Positions 38,195-47,804 of a stretch of 64,000 nucleotides of DNA are shown piece after piece (position 1 is the stretch's first letter; every line of letters begins with the position of its first letter). The stretch lies in contig JAGYME010000005.1 in NCBI GenBank assembly GCA_018400715.1, positions 3,620 through 67,619 of the forward strand, in the 5' to 3' direction. A model generated the notes under the pieces. That model searched no databases. It was not told where the DNA came from and saw only the letters and a list, made by a program, of their open reading frames with translations. A program made the translations under genes and the position numbers. Origin of the DNA: Candidatus Bipolaricaulota bacterium. GTDB taxonomy: Bacteria; Bipolaricaulota; Bipolaricaulia; M55B111.

Positions 38195-38697
38195 GCGGAC
38201 CCGAGATCATCCTGGGGATCGATCCGGGATTGGCCACCTGCGGTTACGGATTGGTCGCTGCCAAAGCACGGAGGTCTTTTGAGCTAGTCGAAAACGGAGC
38301 GATCAGGACGTCCTCCGACGACCCTCTCAGCACCAGACTGGAAGAGATATACTCGTCAGTCAAGGATCTCATCGATCGCTACGAACCTGACAAGGTTGCC
38401 GTGGAGCGGATATTTTTCAGCAACAACCAGAAGACAGCGGTCCTCGTTGCTCAAGCCAGAGGAGTTATACTACTCGCATCTGCCAACAGGGAGATTACCA
38501 ATTACTCTCCCCTGGAAATAAAGAAGACGATAACCGGTTATGGCAAGGCTAACAAGAGGCAGGTCCAGGTAATGGTAAAGAGGTTGCTGTCGCTCCAGGA
38601 AATCCCGAAGCCGGCCGACGCGGCCGACGCCATAGGGGTCGCCCTCTGCTGCGGACTGGACAGAAGATCGGCGATAAATCAACAGTTAAACGAATAA
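38191..38697 (+). CDS. ruvC: Holliday junction resolvase RuvC
   Basis: ILGIDPG, VAVE, QARGV, GYGKA.K.QV, DAADA. Confidence 0.96.
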   Translation: MSGPEIILGIDPGLATCGYGLVAAKARRSFELVENGAIRTSSDDPLSTRLEEIYSSVKDLIDRYEPDKVAVERIFFSNNQKTAVLVAQARGVILLASANREITNYSPLEIKKTITGYGKANKRQVQVMVKRLLSLQEIPKPADAADAIGVALCCGLDRRSAINQQLNE

Positions 38698-41381
38698 TGA
38701 CACTACTTCCGGACGGAGAGCCAGAAGACAGGTTATTGCTGATCGACGGCCACGGGATCATCTATCGCTCCTTTTACGCCATAAGGGGCCTGGCAACAAG
38801 CGAGGGTTTCCCCACAAACGCCCTCTACGGATTCCTCCAGTCCCTGGAACGGGTGGTCAAGGAATTTCCCTCCAGTCACGTAGTTGTGGCCATGGACTCT
38901 CGTGGCAAGACCGTGAGGCATGAAGAGTTCGAGGAATACAAGGCGAACCGACCGGAGATGCCGGATGACCTTGCCCAGCAGATTCCCGAGATAGAGGAGA
39001 TTACCCGAGATTTAGGCTACGCGGTAGTCAGGAAAGAAGGTTACGAAGCAGATGACGTTATCGCCAACTTGACAAAGCAGGCGAGGGAACGGGGACTGGA
39101 AGTGATCATCCTCACGGGCGACAAGGACCTTTACCAGCTCGTGGACGACCACGTGAAAATCGTCGATACGGACAAGGATAACCAGTTAGAAGTTATCGGT
39201 GCCCAGGAGGTCCGGGAAAAGTTTGGCGTCAGTCCCTCCCAGATAAAGGACTTCCTTACCCTAGTCGGCGATACGTCGGACAACATACCGGGGGTTCCCC
39301 AGATCGGGGAGGTCCGGGCGGAGAAGCTGTTAAACGAGTTCGGGACGCTGGATAACGTCCTGGATGAAGTCGAGGAAATTGACTCCACCCGGATCAAAAA
39401 CACGATCAAGGACCACCTTGAGTCCATCGACCGTGGCCGGAAACTGATTTCACTGCGTGACAAGCTGGAACTCACCGAGGAATTCGAAGCGATGAAGACA
39501 GGTGATCCAAATATCTCCAACCTCCGCAACGCGTTCAACAGGCTGGAAATGGCCTCATTTATCGACGGCCTCTCGGGTGAGGAGACCGACCCGGATGACG
39601 AATGGAAGGTCATCGAAACACCGGGGGAACTGGAGGAGTTAGTCGCCGAGTTAACGCAAGTGGGGGAGTTCGCCCTCGACCTGGAAACGGACCAACTGAA
39701 CCCGATCGAGGCAAATCCCGTGGGAATCTCGATTTCACCTCGGCCCGGCTACGGAGTCTACGTCCCGGTGGGGGAGAACGGGCCCTCAAACCTATCGGAA
39801 GACCTAGTTCGGGAGGAGTTGAGGCCGGTCCTCGAAGACGAAGAGATCGGCAAGATAGGTCAAAACTTGAAGTTCGATAGCCTCGTGCTGAAGAAGTTTG
39901 GAGTCGACCTCAAGGGGATCACGTTCGACTCGATGATTGCTTCCTACCTGTTAAAACCGACCAAACGCCGCCACAACCTCAAGGAGATCGTGGGGGCTTT
40001 CCTGGGGGTGGAGGTAAGGGAATACAAGGACCTGTTTGACGAGGATGAAAAACAGGATTTCGCTCGCCTTCCCTTAGAGGAGGCCGCGCCCTACGCGGTC
40101 GGCGACTCGACGATCATCTGGAAACTTAAACCTCTCCTCGTGGATAAGCTGGATAAGCGAGACCAGGTAGACCTGTTCTCAGAAATAGAGGTCCCCCTTA
40201 TTAGGGTCCTCAGAGACATGGAATTCAACGGGATTAAGTTGGAAAAAGAGAGACTGGAAGGGGGTAGAAGAAAGCTGGAAGATAGGTTGGGGGAACTCCA
40301 GGAGACTATCAACGACCTGGCGGGCGTGGAGTTAAACCCAAATTCACCCAAGCAGGTACGGGAAGTGCTCTTCGAAAAACTGGACCTTCCCGTCATCGAA
40401 AGGACGAAGACGGGCCCATCGACCAACGCCCACGTGTTAAACGAACTGTCCGAAGAACACCCCCTCCCTGAGAAGATCATCGAGTACCGGGAGTTAAGCA
40501 AGCTACTAAATACTTACGTAGACGCTCTTCCGGAAAAGATAAACGAGAGAACCGGACGGATACATACGTCCTTCAACCAGACAGCTACGGCGACGGGCAG
40601 GCTCTCGTCGTCCGACCCCAACCTGCAGAACATTCCGAAGGGTTCGCAACTCGGCGGAGAACTGAGGCAGGCCTTCGTCGCAAGCGACGGCTACAAACTC
40701 GTGGGGGCAGACTACTCACAAATAGAGTTGAGGCTGCTCGCACACCTGTCCGGGGACGAGGAACTGATTCGCACCTTCCGTGAGGGAGATGACCTGCACA
40801 CGAAGACCGCGGCAAAGATATTTGGCGTCCATCCCGATTGGGTAGACGATAAGATGCGGGACCGGGCAAAGCGGGTAAATTTTGGTATCGTATACGGCAT
40901 TACGGAGTACGGCCTGTCTCGAGACCTCGGCGTGTCTCGGAAAAAAGCGAAGGCCTATATAGACCAGTTCTTCAACCTCTATCCGGGGGCAAGACGCTAC
41001 CTGGACGAACTAATATCTAAGGCAGAGGAGGACCATTACGCCGAGACCATTTTCCACCGCAGACGATACCTGCCCAACATTACCAGCAATAACTGGAACA
41101 GGAGAAACTACGACCGCCGCAACGCCATCAACACCCCTATCCAGGGCAGTGCCGCTGACCTGATGAAGGTAGCCATGCTGGACGTGAACGAGGGCCTAGA
41201 AAGCGGCGAGGTCTCCGGTAAACTACTACTCCAGATCCACGACGAATTAATCCTGGAGACCCCGGAGGGGGAGGTAGCGGAGACGTCCCGACGAGTGAAG
41301 GAGATAATGGAAAGCAGCCTGGAATTTCGCGTCCCCATCAAGGTAGACGTCTCTGCAGGAGATGACTGGAGCGAGTTGTAA
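38697..41381 (+). CDS. polA: DNA polymerase I
   Basis: 5'-3' exo (LLIDG, YKANR, EADD), DLET, TGRLSS.DPNLQNIP, ADYSQIELR, QIHDEL. Confidence 0.98.
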   Translation: MTLLPDGEPEDRLLLIDGHGIIYRSFYAIRGLATSEGFPTNALYGFLQSLERVVKEFPSSHVVVAMDSRGKTVRHEEFEEYKANRPEMPDDLAQQIPEIEEITRDLGYAVVRKEGYEADDVIANLTKQARERGLEVIILTGDKDLYQLVDDHVKIVDTDKDNQLEVIGAQEVREKFGVSPSQIKDFLTLVGDTSDNIPGVPQIGEVRAEKLLNEFGTLDNVLDEVEEIDSTRIKNTIKDHLESIDRGRKLISLRDKLELTEEFEAMKTGDPNISNLRNAFNRLEMASFIDGLSGEETDPDDEWKVIETPGELEELVAELTQVGEFALDLETDQLNPIEANPVGISISPRPGYGVYVPVGENGPSNLSEDLVREELRPVLEDEEIGKIGQNLKFDSLVLKKFGVDLKGITFDSMIASYLLKPTKRRHNLKEIVGAFLGVEVREYKDLFDEDEKQDFARLPLEEAAPYAVGDSTIIWKLKPLLVDKLDKRDQVDLFSEIEVPLIRVLRDMEFNGIKLEKERLEGGRRKLEDRLGELQETINDLAGVELNPNSPKQVREVLFEKLDLPVIERTKTGPSTNAHVLNELSEEHPLPEKIIEYRELSKLLNTYVDALPEKINERTGRIHTSFNQTATATGRLSSSDPNLQNIPKGSQLGGELRQAFVASDGYKLVGADYSQIELRLLAHLSGDEELIRTFREGDDLHTKTAAKIFGVHPDWVDDKMRDRAKRVNFGIVYGITEYGLSRDLGVSRKKAKAYIDQFFNLYPGARRYLDELISKAEEDHYAETIFHRRRYLPNITSNNWNRRNYDRRNAINTPIQGSAADLMKVAMLDVNEGLESGEVSGKLLLQIHDELILETPEGEVAETSRRVKEIMESSLEFRVPIKVDVSAGDDWSEL

Positions 41382-41739
41382 ACGCTCTCAGCCCAGGTAA
41401 CCGCTGACGCTCAATCGACATTCCGCGGCGCTGGAAAATAACAAGAACATTTTCAGTTAAGCCTCGTTATATTTAGGTAAACCTTATCATATATTCGTAG
41501 TATTCATAAAAGGATGATATTATTTGTATTTTGATAATATTTACAGATCACCTCGGTTCATCCCCAGCCAGAGTACGTCTTCGGGTACCAAATTTTAAAC
41601 CTGCCCGTGGAAGGTAACTACAGAATAAAATATTCTAAATCTCCCTTCGATAGGGCATCGTAGCCATATAGGCTTCAACAAATATGATTTGTAAAGGAGG
41701 ACGCTAAACCTGTATTATTACTCATCGGGATATATAAAC

Positions 41740-43137
41740 ATGAATGATAGAACAATATCTCTCTGGCAGAAAATCAAAAAAAATCTGAAAGAGGAGCTAC
41801 CGGAGGCAAGTTTCGAGACTTGGGTGGGCAACCTCGAGCTCGCTGACCTGCAGGGCGGCAGAATAGAGCTAACTGCGCCCAGCGGCTTTATCAAGCGTGG
41901 GTTCGAGGAGAGGTACCTGGAAATCACCAAGGAGCAGATAAAGGCCCTCTCCGGTCAGGAAAAAGACGTGGTCGTGACGGTTTCCCCGGATTCCGCCCCG
42001 GCCGAATCAAGCCATGGAGATACGTTCTATCCTCCCCCAGTCGGCTCACCTGATTCCACTGACCTGGACTCCGGGGAAGGTGAGTGCGGACGGGAACGCT
42101 CGGGCGGAGGTCAGATTGCCCTAAACAAGCAGTACACGTTTGACACGTTCGTTAATAGCAAGAGCAACCAGCTCGCGACTGCGGCAAGCAAAGCGGTGTC
42201 GGAAACTCCCGCCAAGGCCTACAACCCCTTATTCATCTACTCGAAGGTTGGACTGGGCAAGACACATCTGTTACACGCAATCGGCAATTACCTGTGCAAT
42301 AATGGCTCCTCGGGAGACGTAGTCTACACCACTTCGGAAAGGTTTGCCATCGAGATGATTCAAGCAATACGACAGAATAAGACTGAGGAATTTCGCAAGC
42401 GTTACAGGTCAGTAGGTGCCTTCCTGCTGGACGACGTGCAATTTTTGGAAAATAAAGAAGGCACGCAGGAAGAACTCTTCCATACCTTTAACGAACTCTA
42501 CGGCAACAATAAACAGATCGCGCTGACCTCCGATCGCCCCCCGCAAGAACTATCTGATCTTCAGGATAGGCTCGTGTCCCGTTTTCGCTGGGGGCTGGTA
42601 GCCGACATCCAGCCACCTAACTTTGAAACGAGGGTGGCAATACTCCGAAAGAAGGCCATGCAGAAGGGTCTGACAGTAGACGATCAGGTCTTAGAATTGA
42701 TTGCCTCCAGGATAACGACTAACGTCAGGGCGCTGGAAGGAGCGCTGATAAAGTCGGTCGCGCACGCGAACCTGGCGGGTGGAAAGCTGACCATGGACGA
42801 GATCAAGCGGTTCCTCCCCGACGAGTCAAAGCAGGAGGAGGAATTAACTGTCAGGGGGATCAAGGAAGCGGTGGCGGACAGTTACGGGGTTGAAATCGGT
42901 GAACTAGAAGGCAAGAGCAGGAAGAAGGAAATAGCCCGGGCGAGACACATCGCAATCTACCTTTCCCGTGAGCTAACGGACAACTCCTTCCCCGCCCTGG
43001 GGAAGAAATTCGGCGGCAGGGACCACAGTACCGTCATGCATTCCCACAAGAAGATCAAGAACATGATCGAGGATACGCCACTATTTTACGAGGAGATCAA
43101 GGAACTAAAAGAAGAGTTGAGCTCAAACGGATATTGA
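41740..43137 (+). CDS. dnaA: Chromosomal replication initiator DnaA
   Basis: YTFDTFV, YNPLFIY, GLGKTHL, DDVQFL, TQEELFHTFN, RLVSRF, FGGRDHSTV. Confidence 0.97.
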   Translation: MNDRTISLWQKIKKNLKEELPEASFETWVGNLELADLQGGRIELTAPSGFIKRGFEERYLEITKEQIKALSGQEKDVVVTVSPDSAPAESSHGDTFYPPPVGSPDSTDLDSGEGECGRERSGGGQIALNKQYTFDTFVNSKSNQLATAASKAVSETPAKAYNPLFIYSKVGLGKTHLLHAIGNYLCNNGSSGDVVYTTSERFAIEMIQAIRQNKTEEFRKRYRSVGAFLLDDVQFLENKEGTQEELFHTFNELYGNNKQIALTSDRPPQELSDLQDRLVSRFRWGLVADIQPPNFETRVAILRKKAMQKGLTVDDQVLELIASRITTNVRALEGALIKSVAHANLAGGKLTMDEIKRFLPDESKQEEELTVRGIKEAVADSYGVEIGELEGKSRKKEIARARHIAIYLSRELTDNSFPALGKKFGGRDHSTVMHSHKKIKNMIEDTPLFYEEIKELKEELSSNGY

Positions 43138-43178
43138 CTCTATCTCCGGCGCTCTCGACCAAAGGAACCGGGTTGAGC

Positions 43179-44054
43179 CTAAGACCCCGGAACGATAACC
43201 GAGCGAACCTCAGGCGCTATCTCAATCTCGGCAGGGGTAATCCCCTCCAACTCTCCGTCTATCATCTTTACCATCTTGGACGGGGCGTCTATCTCTATCC
43301 TACTCGCCTGGAGGAACTCAATCTTAGGATGGTCAACGTGTTCTCCCTTGTAGACGCTCTGGAGGGCCATGGCCAACTCCATCCTCCCGATTTCCTGGAT
43401 GATGGCGACGTCCAGAAGGCCATCGGTCGGGTCAGCGTGAGGGATCAGGTCGATCCCCCCTCCAGTGAACCGGGAGTTCATCACGAATACAGCAGGGCTG
43501 AGGCAGTCCCGTTTCTGCCCGTCTATCGTCAGGGAGAGTTCATAAGTTTTCAACGAGGACAGGGCCCTCAACACGCTTGCCAGGTAGACGAGCGAACCCT
43601 TTAAAAAGCCGTTCCTCATAGTTACAAAAGTTGCCACGACGTCAGAGGGAAAACCCACCCCCATTACGCTAAACAACCTACCACAATCCGCTCCCATGTC
43701 TATGCGAATCGGACTTCCATGGATTACGGCATGTACGGCATCGGTTATCGACCTGGGGATCTTCAGGCTCCGCGACAGGTCGTTACCCATGCCAGCCGGA
43801 ATAATTCCCAGGGCCGTAGAAGGCGAACTGAGGCCGTTCATCGCCTCTCTGACCGTTCCATCCCCGCCCATTACCGCAAGTGTGCCCTGCGTTTTCTCCA
43901 AATCCCTCGCGAGCTCAGTTGCGTGACCGGGGTACTCGGTGCGATATACCTCCAGGCCCACTTCTTCCTCCCCCAACTTCTTCTTGACCCTGGGAAGCAC
44001 TTTCACCGTCCTTCCATGCCCTGCAACTGGATTAATCACAAGATTTATTTGCAT
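43179..44054 (-). CDS. Diacylglycerol/lipid kinase family protein (YegS/DagK)
   Basis: INPVAG, GGDGT, IPAGMGND, DGLLD, IDGE. Confidence 0.92.
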   Translation of the reverse strand: MQINLVINPVAGHGRTVKVLPRVKKKLGEEEVGLEVYRTEYPGHATELARDLEKTQGTLAVMGGDGTVREAMNGLSSPSTALGIIPAGMGNDLSRSLKIPRSITDAVHAVIHGSPIRIDMGADCGRLFSVMGVGFPSDVVATFVTMRNGFLKGSLVYLASVLRALSSLKTYELSLTIDGQKRDCLSPAVFVMNSRFTGGGIDLIPHADPTDGLLDVAIIQEIGRMELAMALQSVYKGEHVDHPKIEFLQASRIEIDAPSKMVKMIDGELEGITPAEIEIAPEVRSVIVPGS

Positions 44055-44400
44055 TTACCTCACCATTTGTGGTATAAAGTGAATCGAAAGCTCTGTAACA
44101 TTAGTTGTTAACCAGATTTGTTCGTTATCGAAGCGCTGGTGTTTCGATAAGTTAATGGTAACGTATAAAAGCCTCGTTACAACGATGGCGACCTGAGTTT
44201 TGCCTGCCAGGAACGCGGGCTGAGGCTATTTTTCAGTCTTCACAGGTTCAATTTACGGGATTCTCGAAAATTACGTAGAAAAAGCGTGCTTTTTTGCCCT
44301 ATATTCCATTCAGGATTGGATTTTAGTACTAATTCATCTTATAATCCAAAATATAGGTAAAAAAGTGAAACTAATTAATCCTAACGGGAGGTTTAGACGT

Positions 44401-44727
44401 ATGAACAAAGGCGAGTTTGTCGACAGGTTAAGTGAAGCTACTGGTTTTACAAAAAAGGATTCCAAGGAAGCTTTGGACTCTGTTATCGAGATAATTACTG
44501 AAGCACTGAAGAACAACGAAGAGGTTCTGTTGACGGGATTCGGGAAGTTCGAAACTCGATCACGCAAAGCAACGGAGAGGATTAATCCCCAAACTGGCGA
44601 AAAGATCGAAGTACCTAGTAAGGTAGTGCCTGCGTTCAAAACGGGTAAGAACCTTAAAGAAGGGGTTGGAAACAGCCTAAAAGCAGTAAAGAAAAATTCT
44701 GGCGAGCTGGAGATCGAGAAAACGTAG
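44401..44727 (+). CDS. hup: DNA-binding protein HU
   Basis: MNKGEF, GFGKF, RINPQTGE, VPAFK.G. Confidence 0.95.
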   Translation: MNKGEFVDRLSEATGFTKKDSKEALDSVIEIITEALKNNEEVLLTGFGKFETRSRKATERINPQTGEKIEVPSKVVPAFKTGKNLKEGVGNSLKAVKKNSGELEIEKT

Positions 44728-44816
44728 CAGTTGACAGGGGTATACTAAGCCCCTTTAATGGCGGCACTTGACCAATCGCCGTGGGTTCAAAATAAGGTTA
44801 GGAGTTATATAACGGT

Positions 44817-44866
44817 TAAATGCCATCCCGTTTCCCTACTGGGGCGGGATGGCATTTACATATTTT
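44817..44866. terminator. Strong hairpin terminator between hup and convergent gene
   Basis: TAAATGCCATCCCG / CGGGATGGCATTTA perfect 14-bp stem. Confidence 0.75.
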
Positions 44867-44933
44867 ATCGGCACAAAAACCCACCTGAATATCAACCAAT
44901 GACCTGGTGAAATTCACTTACCACCAGTCAGGC

Positions 44934-45434
44934 TCAAATAAGCACGTTTATCATAAACGGCAGCACAAACCCAATTAGCAGAAGGGTAACTACCGGGTAA
45001 ACGTGGTTGATGAGAGTAACGTTCTCCTTGTTAATCACAATGTAAGCATGGTTAATCGCCGACAATATGAGGAAGATCAAGGTGATGCTCATCAGGGTCA
45101 CCTTTGCATATGTCCCCCACCCCACGGCATAAACAAGTAGGGTCGCGAGAGCCAAAGCGAGATCGTTAAACGCGGATTCGCGCTGATACCCACCACTCTC
45201 CGAGAAACCGGAGAGTTCAGCCGCGGCCTCTCCAAAAAATAACCCCTCAATTCCACTCAAGCCGGCCAGGGAGAGCACGACGGTAATAGTCAATATGCTG
45301 AATTGATATTCTGGATTGCCGCTAAACCAAAAGGCAAAAAAAATTCCAAGGGCCACACCTACCAGGCGGAGGACCTCCAACAAGCGGCAAATAAGTTTCT
45401 TTGGCACTGTAATCACCTCATTTGACAGCGCCAC
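44934..45434 (-). CDS. Hypothetical multi-TM membrane protein (DUF6790-like)
   Basis: 166 aa, ~5 TM segments, GYQRESAFNDLA motif; family assignment from memory. Confidence 0.6.
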   Translation of the reverse strand: MALSNEVITVPKKLICRLLEVLRLVGVALGIFFAFWFSGNPEYQFSILTITVVLSLAGLSGIEGLFFGEAAAELSGFSESGGYQRESAFNDLALALATLLVYAVGWGTYAKVTLMSITLIFLILSAINHAYIVINKENVTLINHVYPVVTLLLIGFVLPFMINVLI

Positions 45435-45622
45435 CTTTACCAGAGGGTAAGGGGAGCGCTTCTCTAAGCCTGGACTGTACTGCAGAAAACCAATTTAGGT
45501 GAGTATATCATAAAAAAATTGGTTACACAAGAAGCCAGATTAAGCAGTTTCACCTCAGGTGTTTGTCACAGCCACGCTACCTAAAGGATTCTTCGCAAGA
45601 ACAAGATAAGGCCCCAAGCCAG

Positions 45623-46546
45623 TTATAGGTTGATCAGCAGAGGGACCAAAACTGGTACCAACCCCGAAAGTATCGCGCCACTCAAGAACGCGGGAAGGAC
45701 AGCTTCTTCCCCCGATACGTTTTTTATCAGGGGGAGAGTTACGTCCATCGTCGTCGCACCACCGGTAGCGATACCAGCCGCTTTGCCAAGATATCTGACG
45801 ATAAACGGGAGGGAAATGAACGTAAACACCTCCCTGAATGTATTCGCCATCAGGGCAACTGTCCCCAGTTCAGCGCTGTGCAGCTCTGTCAACAGAATCG
45901 CAGAGAGACTGTACCAGCCAAACCCCGCGCCCACCGCGGCAGCTTCGGGAACGGAAACGTCGAGAAAGAAACTCGCGACGACGGGGCCAGCGATACTTCC
46001 GGCCGCGATGCTTAATGGAATAAAAATAACCTTCCATCCCACACTGAGCGCTCGGGAAAGAGTGCGCCTGTTCAGGCCCAGGGATATTCCCACCGCAAAC
46101 AAAAGCAGGCCCAGGGTAAACGTAACTGCCCTGTCTAACGTGGAAACCAGACCTTCACCTACGAGAAAATAACCGATCCCTGCTCCCCCAACGATGGTAA
46201 TGAGGATGATCCCGGTGAGACGGAGGGAGATCTTCGTTTTGGAAATTCCGCTTGAATCGTTATCACCCTCGGGAATACAGCGGAACCTCCAGGAAACCGG
46301 CTCAATGAACAATATGCTTCCGAGCACGCTGGCGGACGATAGGACCAGGGCGGTAACTCCAATGTCGTCGAGGTTAGCCAGGAGACGGTCCGTCGTCCCC
46401 ATCTTAATTCCCATGGCCAACAGCAGCAGGAGGAGTGCCCCTTGAATGAACGGGTCTTCTATCCGCCTCAGCCATTCGCCTGCCACTCCTGATACCCCGA
46501 CGAGAATCCCGATAACCAGGGACAGAATAATGATCCAGAAATCCAT
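45623..46546 (-). CDS. Lysine exporter LysO (DUF340) family
   Basis: GFGWYSLS, N.FRE, GGATTMDVTLP motifs; ATG at 46546. Confidence 0.9.
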   Translation of the reverse strand: MDFWIIILSLVIGILVGVSGVAGEWLRRIEDPFIQGALLLLLLAMGIKMGTTDRLLANLDDIGVTALVLSSASVLGSILFIEPVSWRFRCIPEGDNDSSGISKTKISLRLTGIILITIVGGAGIGYFLVGEGLVSTLDRAVTFTLGLLLFAVGISLGLNRRTLSRALSVGWKVIFIPLSIAAGSIAGPVVASFFLDVSVPEAAAVGAGFGWYSLSAILLTELHSAELGTVALMANTFREVFTFISLPFIVRYLGKAAGIATGGATTMDVTLPLIKNVSGEEAVLPAFLSGAILSGLVPVLVPLLINL

Positions 46547-46812
46547 ATTTCCCCTCCAGAGAAGCATTCAACGATAAGCGGACCCCGGCAAAGCAACGTT
46601 ACAAAATCCCCATAAAAATGACAAGCAAGGGGAACGAAGAGGGATTAGAGCAGGTACTTCAGACGAAACTACCCTGGACGTAGACCTTTTTATTGCTACA
46701 ATTATCCGTAAGGTTCAATTGTACGTCACACATTTCACCAACTTATAAAATACTAAAGAGATATACAAGAAAGGTCTTCGGTATTTTACCTCATCAATGA
46801 GAGGAGGTCTAC

Positions 46813-47775
46813 GTGTCAACTTTAGTTAATCAGAGAGGAGAAAAGGTAAAAACTCGGGATGCCTACGGGGAGGTTCTCCCCCGTATCGGCGAAAAGGACG
46901 AAGATGTCGTCGTGTTGACCGCGGATTTAGCGGGATCAACGCGTACCAAGTACTTTGCCGAAGAGTTCCCGGAACGTTTCTTTAACGTAGGAATTACGGA
47001 GGCAAATATGATGGGAATGGCGGCCGGTCTGGCTATGGAGGGCAAGAAACCTTTTGTAAGCACGTTTGCTATATTTGCCACCGGTAAGCCGTGGGAGCAG
47101 ATCAGACAGACCATCGCCTATCAGTCCGCACCCGTGCGGATAGTCGCGACTCACGCGGGGTTGACGGTTGGGGAGGACGGTGCGTCTCATCAGATACTAG
47201 AGGACATATCCCTTATGCGTGTATTGCCAAATATGAAGGTAATCGTTCCCGCAGATTCCGTCCAAACTAAGGCCGTAATCGAGCGGGTCGGTAAAGACCT
47301 CTCGGGACCTGTCTACGTAAGACTGGCTCGAGCCGGTTTCCCTGTGGTCTACGAGGATTGTGATTTCGAGATAGGGAAAGCAGAAGTTCTCAAACAAGGA
47401 AGCGATCTCACGATCTTTGCGACCGGACTGATGGTTGCCAACTCCCTTGACGCGGCGGAGGAACTGGAATCTCAGGGGGTATCTGCAGAGGTCGTTAACG
47501 TCTCGACGATCAAGCCGTTAGACGTCGATACTGTGCTGGGATCTGTGAAAAAGACGGGAAGAGCGTTAACTGTGGAAGAACATAACGTGATTGGCGGACT
47601 CGGTTCAGCCATTTCCGAGGCAGTAAGCGAACGCCACCCTGTGCCGTTAAAGAGAATTGGAGTTGAAGACAGATTCGGCGAATCGGGCTCGGCCTACGAA
47701 CTCATAGACCACTTCGGCCTCACCGCTGATCGAATTGCTGAAGAGGGAGAATCTTTACTGGACGGTGAGCTTTAG
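46813..47775 (+). CDS. Transketolase C-terminal subunit
   Basis: TRDAYG, ADLAGST, NVGITE, EDGASHQ, GPVYVRL, VEEH..GGLG. Confidence 0.95.
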   Translation: MSTLVNQRGEKVKTRDAYGEVLPRIGEKDEDVVVLTADLAGSTRTKYFAEEFPERFFNVGITEANMMGMAAGLAMEGKKPFVSTFAIFATGKPWEQIRQTIAYQSAPVRIVATHAGLTVGEDGASHQILEDISLMRVLPNMKVIVPADSVQTKAVIERVGKDLSGPVYVRLARAGFPVVYEDCDFEIGKAEVLKQGSDLTIFATGLMVANSLDAAEELESQGVSAEVVNVSTIKPLDVDTVLGSVKKTGRALTVEEHNVIGGLGSAISEAVSERHPVPLKRIGVEDRFGESGSAYELIDHFGLTADRIAEEGESLLDGEL

Positions 47776-47804
47776 ACCTCGCCCCATTATACGAGGAGGA
47801 ATAC

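Noticed and set aside
38697-41381. Inteins or introns in polA, alaS, dnaA
   Set aside because: Lengths and motif spacing are normal; no intein splice motifs or interruptions seen.
41382-41739. oriC upstream of dnaA
   Set aside because: AT-rich, but I found no TTWTNCACA box cluster; the one perfect box noticed (6436-6444) is inside a CDS. Not excluded, just unsupported.
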